A DNA stretch of 64,000 nt from Bispira polyomma (lineage: Eukaryota): assembly GCA_965649765.1 (NCBI GenBank), contig OZ287751.1, positions 79,236,001 to 79,300,000 on the forward strand, given 5' to 3'. How positions within the stretch are numbered: position 1 is the stretch's first letter; every line of letters begins with the position of its first letter. A program made the position numbers and the translations under genes. Under the pieces are notes generated by a model. That model did not search any database and was not told the DNA's origin. It saw only the letters and a program-made list of their open reading frames with translations. Shown here piece by piece: positions 38,201 through 50,200 of this stretch.

Positions 38201-41200
38201 TTGTTGTCAGTGTCAGTTCAAACAATGTTATTCCGAAGCTCAGACAGGATAAAACCTTTGCCCTTTTTACACCTACTGTATAAAGTAGATGATCATGTCT
38301 AGTGGTTGATTTATCATTATTTGAAGTAAATAAATGGAACAGTGTAGTGGCGTTTTGTTATGGTTTTTTATGTGTTCTATTAATAACACTGAGCTGATGG
38401 GGCTTTGTCTGGGTATCAGATTATTGGTGTCCAAATATTAGCATATGTAAGGCTGAAAGTAGGATTTAGTTATGCCGTACAAAAAGATATCCTCAAATTC
38501 AAACATTTTTTATATACAGAAGAAGAAGATTTTTGACATTCATTTATTCGTGAGATATCGCAAACAAGATACATAAAGTAAAAGTGAACTATTAAAGCGC
38601 AAATCAAAAGTTACAACGTTGGTGTCTATTCTTAATTTTGCAACATATGCAAAGAGGGGCGACATATGGAAAACAACAAACCCAATATTCCAACATTGAT
38701 CTATTTGGCCAAGTAAAAATTGGTTTAATATGAGGACATTTGTTGTATTTCCATCCTAATACTGTTAATATCAGACTACTGCCAGCAGTGCCAGGGTTGG
38801 GGTCAATGTAGTAGAAGTATTAGAAATGTAATAGATTCCTCAAAATTTAGTCTACTGCAACCAAGATGTTGAATTAATAAGGTTTATTACATTGTGTATA
38901 CCATAGATATTTGTAGTCACCACATATCTCCCTCTGTATGAAGTTCAGTCTTATGGTGGGAGTTTCTTGAGTCAGACGTTGTATATTAGAACATGGTTAC
39001 ATATTGCATGTCTTGTCATGGTTTGGTCACTTCTTATTATACAAAGCCATTGGATCTCATTAGAGAAGAACTGAAGAACCCCAGTCATTTTAGCTCTTGT
39101 CTTGTTGCTATATTTACCCCTACATCCAATCATGGCTATGGGGTTATTGTCACCCACTATTAGCCTATTACCTTTACCTAAATTACCCAAACAGGCAGGC
39201 AAGGCATTTTGTATAGTAGAGAACAGTACAACCTTTATTATCCAAGCTTCTGCTATCTGAATATTCAATTTTATGAAAATACTTTTGGGGCCTTGGTGGC
39301 CTAGTGGTTAGCAAGCATTGCGCTACACAATCACTGGTCTCTCACCTCTGGGATCTGCTGGCGTGGGTTTGAATCCTGTCGATGCCTATGTGAGAAAGGT
39401 GTTTGCCAACAAGCTTAAATTAAACCCAGATAAGACTGAGTTTATACTATTCGGATCAAGAGCACAGACTGATAGATTGAAGGATTTTTTCCCAGTCAAT
39501 ATTTTAGGAAACATGGTGTACCCTGCAAGTGCTGTCAAGAACTTGGGGGTGTGGTTTGATTCTACGTTTTCCTTCTCCAAACAAGTTCATGAAGTTTGCA
39601 AAATCTTGCTTCATCCAAATGAGGGATCTAAGAAGGGTTAGGCACTATTTGTTAGCCAGTACTGCTACTATAGTTGCAAATGCTCTGGTGTAAAGTCGTC
39701 TTGACTACTGTAATTCTCTTTATAGAAGTTTATCCAAGGCTGACATCTATAAGTTGCAATGCATCCAAAACTCGTTAGCCAGACTGGTGGCCAACCATTC
39801 TAAGTACTCCCGTGTTACTCCTGTTTTAAGAAATCTCCATTGGTTACCCATTCAGTTTAGATGTATGTTTAAAACAGCTACCTTAGTCTACAAATTCTTA
39901 AATTATGGCCTTCCAGCATACTGGTATCCATACCTCACACTTTCCACATGCAGTCATAATACCAGAAGGAGCAGACCGGAAAAAATTTATCTGACCGTTC
40001 CAACCTTTATCTCAGCAGTACACAAATCTAAACGTCAGTTTAACAATAGCTTTTCCCATGATGCCCCAACACTTTGGAATGAATTACCCACTGAAATTCG
40101 TTGTGCAACCTCACTCACATCCTTTAGAAAAAAACTTAAAACCTACCTATTGGACAAGGCTTTTCCACCATAGCCCTAAATTCACCCGGCGTCTCCATGG
40201 TGCTGACCCATGCTTGTCTAACGGAAATGCAATTTGAATAAGGATACTGTCCTGTGCCTTAGAATCCCCTAAGTAGGAGAGATTAAGCACTATAAAAGTT
40301 AGATTAGATTAGATTAGAAAGGTGGTAGATATTCTTATTAGTGGGTGGGTGGTTGTGTAATATCATGCCTTGACATTAGGTTAGCATTTAACCTTGTAGG
40401 TATGACCTTGACCTTATATAGTGATTTGAACTAGAACTCAGGAACCCTAGACTATCTGAGTAAATTTATCTTTGGTCCACATATTCTTAGTATTCTAAAA
40501 ATGTGATAATGTCAGGTCATTTTGACCTTGGACTTGTCGGCTCTGGCCTTTCATATGACCTTAAAATTATGTTCTAGACTTTGTCTCAAGAACATGTTGC
40601 GAGATGAGCCAAATACATTTAGAATAAGAAAGTTAACAAACTTTGTCATAGAAAAAACGTTTGTCATACAAAAACCTTTCATTATTGAATTGCTCTAACA
40701 GGACATGTCTACACACAAAGTGGGCCAGGTATATTTAGTAGACGCCAAAACATCTTTCATTCAATACTTCCATCAGTGTACTTGTCTAGTTCTGTAATAA
40801 AAAACAAAAACTGTTTTTTCTCTCATAACATTCCAGAAAGATCAAATTGTACATGTATGTCTTTTTCTGTTTGTTTGAAGGGAATTTGACAGATTTTCAT
40901 CTAAAAGCTAATAACTGGGACAACATCAGTCAAATCTGGTTTTCATTAGTTTTAGTTTTGTCATTTATGGTTGAGTAAGTTGTAAGTCAGCAAGTTAAGA
41001 TGATAAAGTAACATATAAGATTGATGTTTTGTGTTAGGGTGCCAATATAAACACTCGGGGGAAAGATTATTGAGATGGAAGATCCAATATTATCAATACT
41101 ATAAAAAAATATTTGAAGGACTTTGAGTAGACAGTTTACCCATACAGTTTCGACTTTTTTTCTGTATGTTCAAATATCGAAAGCATTGAAGAGGGTTCAA

Positions 41201-44200
41201 TTTTCTCAATTACTGGTACAACAGTACAGATAAATGTCTTAATAATTATTTTGTTTACATCCAGATAAACTGTGTTTCCGTATTATTTTTGAAGAAGAAG
41301 AACTTAAAAGTAAAATATAAATAAAAACTTCCCTGATTGGGACAGAATATATATATATATTCTAAAAATGACCAACTTATGGCCCCAACACACGATTACA
41401 GTGTTTTAAGATTTAGAATATCTATAAACTTTGATTTACTACAGACTTGATCAAGAATTTGAACTGAAGGCCCTTCCCAAAGTGATTACAAATTAGATGA
41501 ATTTATGGGGGTTGGATTATTGGTTTCCAGAAAAATGTGACGGTTGGTTATTGAACGAGTTCTTTGGGGACAAATTCACTTCCCCAATTAATTCTGTAGC
41601 AGGCAAAAAAGTTCCTTTGTATGTGAAAAATATGAAAAAGTAAATTTCACTGAGTGATTGACTTGATGTAAGAAACTCATACGAAAGATAAACGTTCCTT
41701 TGATATTAAGCATTAATAGAAACCCATTAAAAAGGATATGAATTATCAATAATGATTATTAATTGCATAAAAATCCTTTTTTGTTATTTTTAGTGAAGAT
41801 ATATCATTTAAAATTGCACATGTAAAAACCCTCCTCAGTAAATATCCTAAAGTTAGGCATATAAAATGGTAGTAAGATTCATTTCACTTTGGACATAAGT
41901 GCAGTAGTACCTCATATTATCTGGACTCCTTGGGAGAATGTTAATCTGTATGGATAACAGAATGTTCATATAAAAGAAGAGATATTTCGGTGTAAAACTT
42001 TATGAAAATTTAAACTTGCCGGTAATACTATGATGTTGAGTTTATATAAGATCAAATATTTGGATAGAAAAAGGTTGGACAATAGAGGTTCTACTGTAAG
42101 TCCTCTGCTAGTCATGGCAGTAGCATTGTCAATTAGTAGAGTCTGTTACAGCAAGAAATAAAAACAAATCCAACAATGTTGATATAATTTTGTATATAAT
42201 CATTGTATAAATGGTAAAGTTTTTCTGACTGTGCTTTCTGTTTCTACCATCTTCACACCAATGCTATAACAAATATGAAAGGCAAAGCCATCAGTTGAGT
42301 AAACACTACTACACAGACAGTCATTCTGCAAGCATTACTCCTCTTGAAGTCCCTTTTAAAAATGTGTGTTATCTCCCAGCAATCAGGCTTCCCATAGGAT
42401 TGTATGTGCCACCACAGCCTGTCTTTAGGGATGTGCCCACAAAATAGGTCGGGCCAGGCAGGCTGGCTTTATATAAAGCCTTAAGATAATATACAAATAT
42501 TAAGGTGTGCTTAAGTTCTGTTATTCTGAGAATAATAAAAAATAATTGATTTCTAAATTACTTAAAATACACATGTAAATATATCTTTTAAGTTTTCTTT
42601 GTTCCAGTGTTTGAAATTTTTTTTTTAAACAATTACATCCAAGGAAGTAGAGTTCATTATGAAATGAGTGCATGGCAAAAGTCATCTTGTTGGGTGTGAC
42701 TTGATGTGATATTGGATTTGTCTCATTCCCAGCTGTTGGCATCATCTATTAATAGACTGAGGGGAGCTGTATCAGATAGCAGGGAAACTAATTGGCAGAT
42801 ACAACTATTGGTCCGTTTCTTATTTACAGATACTTGAGACCTAATTATTTTAAGAATGCTGAGTAATGGTTTCCATATGCTGCATACTAACCTAATACAT
42901 TGTGTTATTTTGCGAATCTTAAAAACTGTCATATTTACAGTGCAACTTATTAAGTCAAACCTCACTAAAGCATTTTATTCAGCAGGATTTTCACTTACCT
43001 GGGGATATTTTAAAGGGAAAGGCCTTTTGTTGGACAAAACTTTGACAACATAAAGGGAAATTCACTTGACAAAGTTCTACTTAAAGAGGCTTCATAAAAA
43101 TATGAAGAGACAATGTGAGACTGTCATATAAATGTATGTTTATGTATTAGGAATTTAAGATAAACAAAAGCAGGAATCTCCAAGTAAAGAGAGATCATTT
43201 TAACCTGGACTTACTAGGTTATCATGTCCTATAAATAATGAAAATGGTAATGTTTAAACCCCTGTAGTGCCAAAAGTCCAGGCATTCTCTGTGGCACACC
43301 CCAATCATGATCCTAAAGAATAATCCTGTAGAAGGAATAGGTCTGCAATCAGATTCCTGAAGTAACCAGCAGGTGTATGTTTAGGCGGGAAAGCGAGTTG
43401 AATCAGTTGATACAGATAGGTTTTGAGTTTTGTTTGAGCCTGTAATCTTTGTTTTGATATGGATACTGACAGGCAGAATAAACATTCTATTCAGAAAGTA
43501 CTGCACTTTAAATGATCTTGAACCTGTAAAGGTATTGTAATTGTAATTAGACTTTTATTGCGCTTAATCTCCCCTTAATAAAGGGGACTCAAAGGCGCAC
43601 CAGCACAAAAGACAGTTATCCAATTTCCAAAATCAAGGGACAGAAAAAGGGTCAGCAACATAGAGCGTGCCGGGGGATGATTGAGACTATGGTGGATATG
43701 CTTTAGTGTACAAGTGGGCTTTAAGCTTCTTTCTAAAACAGGCTAGTGAGGGGGAAGCACGAATCACATCAGGAAGACCATTCCAAACAATGGGAGCATC
43801 AAAAGCAAAGCTGTGACCAAACTGTTTTACCGACCTTTGAGTAGATGGGTGGAACTTCGGAACAACAAGGAAATTACTACCACTCTGACTATGTCTGGTA
43901 TTGTAGGAACTACTGTAAGTGGAAAGATATGGAGCAAAGTACTTTGGAAACCCAGTGTGGAGAAATTTATAAACAAGTGTAGCTGTCTTAAACACTGAAC
44001 GCTGTCCAACAGGGAGCCAATGCAATTTCTTAAGAACAGGAGTTATACTAGTGTATCGACTGGTGTTTGACACAATTCTAGCTGCACTATTTTGAATGCA
44101 TTGTAATTTGCGTAAATTAAACTTTGAGAGACTCCTGAAAAGTGAATTGCAGTAATCCAGTCTACTACTGACAAAAGCATTGGCCACAAGTATAGAAGCA

Positions 44201-47200
44201 TCATAAGTGAGAAACCGTCTGACACGTCTAAAGTCACGGAGTTGCATAAAACAGCTTTTGCAGACACTCTGAATGTGTTTAGAGAAAGAAAAGTCAGAGT
44301 CAAATCATACACCCAGGTTCTTGACAGAATCAGCTGGACTGAAGGGGCTACCCAGGATGTCAACTGGAAACAATGCTTTCAACTTATCCCTCTGTTGTTT
44401 TGAGCCAAAGATTATGAACTCAGTCTTGTCGGGATTAAGTTTGAGTTTACCAGTTGACATCCACTCTTTCACATCATCAAGACACCTGTTCAACTGTTCA
44501 AAGGCAGTAGATGTGTTTTTATGGGATAGGTGCACATAAATTTGGGTATCATCTGCATAAAAATGAAACTTTATTCCTGTGTATTTGCCAATAACCAATC
44601 TGAGAGGAGCAGTGTATAATGAGAACAACAGAGGGCCCAAAACAGAACCTTGAGGGACACCAAACAAGAGTTTACAAAGATCGGACAGAGTAGAGCCAAT
44701 TTTTATCGACTGATAACGATCAGTTAAGTAGGAAGTGAACCATTTAAGAACAGAGCCCGTAACTCCAAACCAAGTCTGAAGACAACTGAGAAGCGTGGAA
44801 TGATCAATGGTGTCAAAGGCAGCAGAGAGGTCGAGCAATACCAGGGCAGTAGGTTCCCCTCTTGACAAAGATAAGTGAACTTCATTTTTTATAGACAGAA
44901 GAGCTGTCTCAGTCGAATGACCAGTTTTATATGCAGACTGGTATGGGTTGTCTAAGTCGTGGACAAAGATGTGATCTAACAGTTGCCTAGCAACCACGCA
45001 TTCAACCAGTTTTGATATGAAACTAAGACCAGATACAGGGCGATAATTTTTCAGGTTATCAACTGGAAGAGAAGCCTTCTTAATAAGAGGAGTAACCACA
45101 GCTGTTTTAAAACCATCAGGTACATGTCCCTCTGTAAGTGAGCAGTTTACAAATTTTGTAATGGATGGTAGTAATATATCACTACATTCTTTAATAAGAG
45201 ATGTTGGCCATGGATCCAACATGCAGGATTTAGTAGGCGAGTTACTTATTATTTTACTAACATCATCTTCAGAGACTCTGGCAAAGGCAGTAATTTCTGG
45301 GGGATCAGAAAGAGGATGAACATCAATTTTAGTTCCAGAGACAATAAAAGTATCCCTAATTCTCTTAATTTTGTCCGAAAAAAAGGAAGCAAACTTATCA
45401 GCTAGTGATTTATCAGAATCATGGGACGGGAGTGCCACATTGGTATCCATATTAAGGGTCTTGCGCAGTTCGTGCCACAGCTTCCTGGAGTTGTGACTGT
45501 TGTCAGAGATAAGTTTACTGTAATACACCGACTTATCCTCGTTAACAAGTACATTGCACTGAGCAATCTGGCGACGTAGTCGACTTCTATTTTAAGGGAT
45601 TCTTGGCCCTTCGCCAAGTTCTTTCATATTGCCGCCTGAGAGATTTAGCCCGTCGGTAAGAATCAGAGAGCCAATGCACAGATTCTTTCTTTGACATTCT
45701 GGATACAAGTGGTGCATGCTTATCTAGTACATCACCCAAATCATGTATGTATTGTTCATAAAGTTTGGCTACAGAATTGGCAGGTGACTTAATAAAGGAA
45801 GTACTCTCAAGATCAGTACGGAGGTCAGACATGTTAATACAGTGGTACCTCCTATAATGCACTGTATTAGGAATATGAGCCACCTGAGGGGGAGAGGCAA
45901 TTGAACATTTGACTAATGCATGATCCGATATGAAATCACAGACTTTGACATCCACAATAGTATCCTGATCACAAGGCGATAAAATAAGGTCCAGAATGTG
46001 ACCATGCAGATGGGTAGGTTGTCTAACTAACTGTTTTAAATCGCATGAATCAAGAAAGGTCATAAATTTATGACCGTCACCAACTGGTGCATCAACATGG
46101 ATGTTAAAGTCACCACAGATATGATATGAACTGTTAATGGAAGACAAGAAACCAACAAAAGACATAAATTCTTCTAAAAAATGACAGGAACATGATCCTG
46201 GGGGGCGATAGACGCAGGCAAGCAACAGTGAGCGGCCATGAAGCCCAATTGACACCACCATATTTTCAAAGGACTGATAGACAGGAGAATCTATTTTATG
46301 TGGTTTGTAGGAGGATCTAATGAAGAAACCAACACCACCACCAATCCGTGAGGGACGAGGCGTTTGAGGAAACACAAAATCTGGAGGAGTAACAGACCGT
46401 AGGAAGCTATCCGTATCAGATAGACGGACATGGGTCTCAGTAACACAAAGGAAGTCGAGGTCATGCGATGTCACAATATCTGCAAGGAGTGGACCCTTGT
46501 TCCTCACGGATCTAGCATTTAACACCCCGAGCATGACAGGACCAGGGTTAAGGGACACATCGCCGGCGAGTAAAAGTAACAAGACAAGACCTCTTCCATT
46601 AATGGTGGTAGGAAATTTATGACAAGAACATGTGTATGAAAATTTTTTGGCCACTTTAGCTAATGAGGTTGCTGATGTATGAGCAACACTCTGATGCAAC
46701 AACTCATACCTATGAGCCATAGCCACAGCAAACAGTGCTGAAAATAGGACAACCCGAAGCAAAAACATGCCTAGTGAGGTTGTAGAAAAAAAAAGAAGCC
46801 CTTAACCTGAACTCAACAGTGGGGAGCCTCAGAAAGCTTGTCCCTACAACTCACCGCACAATTCTTCGTCCCGTGGGCGACTCACGGGCACCCTAGCACC
46901 CCACACTATAGCCTGACCTTAAGCTAAGTACAACCACACCAACATGTAAATTACAATATAGAACAGCAAAATGAGATAAAAAGTAAATGTAAAGGGGGTA
47001 GAAAAATCATAAATTGTAATAAATAAATGTACAGAATTTGGAAAAAATTTTACAATATAGAACAGCAAAACGAGACTAAATTAACAACATAAAACAGCAA
47101 AATGAGACAAAATCAATGTAAAAGGGTAGAAATATCAAAAATAGTAATAAATAAATGTACCGATATCGGCAAAAACGACGACCTTATTACAAAATATTAT

Positions 47201-50200
47201 GGTACAGTAGAGGACGGCCCACTCCCGCCAAACGAAGTGGGCGATAATCGGGTACTATGGTTTCTTGCTAAAATTCACAATACAAAACAGCAAAATTATT
47301 CAAATGTAATGTAAAAATGGTAGAAAAACATAAATAGTAAGAAAAAAACGTGAAAATATATATGTGTGGAAAGGTATGCAAAGTATTACTATAATTGAGA
47401 ACAGCTAAAAGGCCTCCCCCCCCCCCCTTATTTTTCTTAAAGTTAAGTTTAAACTTGGGTCCATACCTATGTCTTTACCTGTATTAGTAATTAAGGGTGG
47501 AACTAGTAGTCGGTTAATCCCCGACGAAGCGGTTCGCCTTGTGGCCCGAGTCAGAAATGGGAAGCCAATTACTTGCTAAGTTTACTTCTGACACACATAC
47601 AACACATTAAGCTGTACATAAACATAAAGTTATATATAATTAGACCTCAAAACTTAATATTTTCCCAAATAACCATCCCTTTCTTTAATACTTACAATGT
47701 ATTTTTTTTTTTTGGTTGTCAGGAAGTAAATAAAAACGTTTCAAAATGTTCCAAATGCAAATTGATTATGTTTTGCTTTGTGGATGGGTTGGTGGATGGT
47801 TAACCTGTGCTGGTACTGATACAGGTAAGGACATGGGTACGGGTAAACATGGACAGGTATGGTTCCTCAAAAATATTCACATACTGTGGATACAGTGTAT
47901 TTGTTTTCAACTGTTTTCAATTTGCATTTCATATTGTAGAAACAGTGAGCAACTTAGCATTCACTTCTATTCAGATTTATCCTGCAATATCTACTTGCCT
48001 TAAGAAACTCAAGAGACAAATATGCCTAACCGATTTTGCGTCTATATCCAATGCCCATTTCCGTCATCCGAAAAAATTAAAATAGAACAAAAGAGAGAAG
48101 TAGAATGCATCTGGCTGAAAGTACTTCAGAATCGAGAGCCAAATTTACATAAACGGTCAAAGACTGATTTTTTTCCCTATGACGGATGAGAATATGAAGT
48201 AAAGTTCATTGATTTTGTGAGATTGGTGACCTTGTTATGCATTAAGCAGTATTGTATACTAGAAAAAATGACAAGTTTTTTGGATGTAGTATATCTGCAA
48301 ATTGGGGAATTGGATGACGGAGTAGGCGGCGGATGAGGATGCAAAATCGGCCAGGTATAATCGCCCCTTCAAAGTGCTTATTTATTCTTTTTGGACTGTT
48401 TTTGAGTAACTATCATTTCCCAAACTGAAAGCAGAGACTTGGGGATGACCATTTATCAACATCTTCAAGGTTTTCTAGCTTGACACTGGAAATTAGAGCC
48501 AGTGACAGATTATCACTGTTTTAAGCGGTCATTAGAGTCACTTAGTTTGTGCCTGTAACTCAGAATCCAAGCTTGAGATGGAACTCGAGTTGTTTGTTTT
48601 TAAGTGGCCACAGTCTCTGACAGATAAAGTAGGTTATTTTTCCTTTGTATTCCGATATAAAATCTACCGGTCGTGCTAAAACTTTTCTGACCGATATTGA
48701 AATATTTACTATATGGGCAGAAAACATTAGTGATAGGTTTATGTGTGCTACTATCACATTTAATATTAATATAGTGCCCATTACTAAGCTCTTTAAAATT
48801 TAAAAAAAGTATCCAAGAAGGCACTAAAAGAGGAATTAAGAATTCTATAACTGCATGTTGTATTTGGCTTGGACAGAAATGAAGCTTCAGTGTTAATTGC
48901 GATGGGGGTTTGAAATCTTCCCAAGACAATGATTTTATGTCTAGCAATTAGAAAAAGCTTCATAATTTGCTTTAATGTTTTAGCAGCTGGAAGGCATTTT
49001 ATCGTGTAAAATTTAATTGCAACAGGATATTAACAAAAACGGTACATTTTTATATACCTCTCTTATTCAGTAAATGTTAAACAGTTTGGAAGAGCAGAGG
49101 AAAGAGGTAAGTTTCTTATCGGAAAAAATGTAAATCCCTTTAGTTCCTTGCAAGCCCCCACAAGTGCCTGGGAATGAAAGGATGTCACCGACTTGTATAG
49201 TTACAAAAAAGGCTAAATAACTGTACTTGACAAATGTCTTATTCTAACACAAGACCATGATATTAATAAAATTATTGAATTTACAACATTTTGCTGGAAG
49301 GCAAGGACAACCACTGTTATTAACTATTCATTGCAACTTTAATTTAAATTTTAAAAAATTAATTTTTTTTTTGTCATTAAAAGGAATGAAATATACTTAA
49401 AAAGTACTCTCCCAAATTCATGTGTTTCTTTGATTTTGTACCGAGATACATCTTGCGCTGCCAACATATTTGGATAATAGAGGTTCTACTCTATGTAATT
49501 TTAAAAGCTGTATTTGTCAAAATATGAGAGAAATGCACACCTTATGAATATTTAAAAACATGTAGAATTTTTCTACATCTATTTGGTATCCATATGTATT
49601 TACATAGCTTCCCCATGGTCTCATTTAGAGTTTTATTGTGTTCGCATCTCTATGTCTCACTATGTGTATAGGATTCCAGACATATATGAATATTAATGTC
49701 TAAGTTGGTGTCTGCAATTTATTGCTCTTCACCAATTATTTCCTGTTTCAGTTCATACTAGAAGAGCACTCGGATATTTTGTGTTTTAGTTCATACTAGA
49801 ATGGCACTCAGTTATTTCCGGTTTTAGTTAATACAAGAAGGGCACGCAGTTTTTCCTGTTTTAGTTTATACCAGAAGGTCACTCAGTTCCTATTTCAGTT
49901 TTTACTAGGTCACTCAGTTTTTTCCTGTTTCAGTTCATACTAGAAGGGCACTCACTAGCAAGCTTAAGCCAAGTCTCCCATAGTCCCAAATAATTTCTAA
50001 ATTTACTCCAAAAATTTAATGGATTCTGCCTAAAATAGCCTAGGCTTCCTTTCAGCCGATCCCGACGTCGGTCGATTTATTTAAATCCGAGCCGACATCA
50101 GCTGAAGTAGCGCTTCCTTTTATCCAATATGTATTAAATATTTTAATATAAATTTTTCTTTCTTTATTTTCGTTTAAAAATAGAGCCGATTTTTTCACTC

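Noticed and set aside
38100-43500. Possible nested gene in the 14-kb intron 20 (e.g. ORF 38972-39268)
   Set aside because: No recognisable protein and no phase-consistent exon chain found on either strand.
49085-49106. Possible 22-nt microexon (CAG|TTTGGAAGAGCAGAGGAAAGAG|GTAAGT) in intron 20
   Set aside because: Weak pyrimidine tract, frameshifting, and exons 20 and 21 already join seamlessly; no other support.
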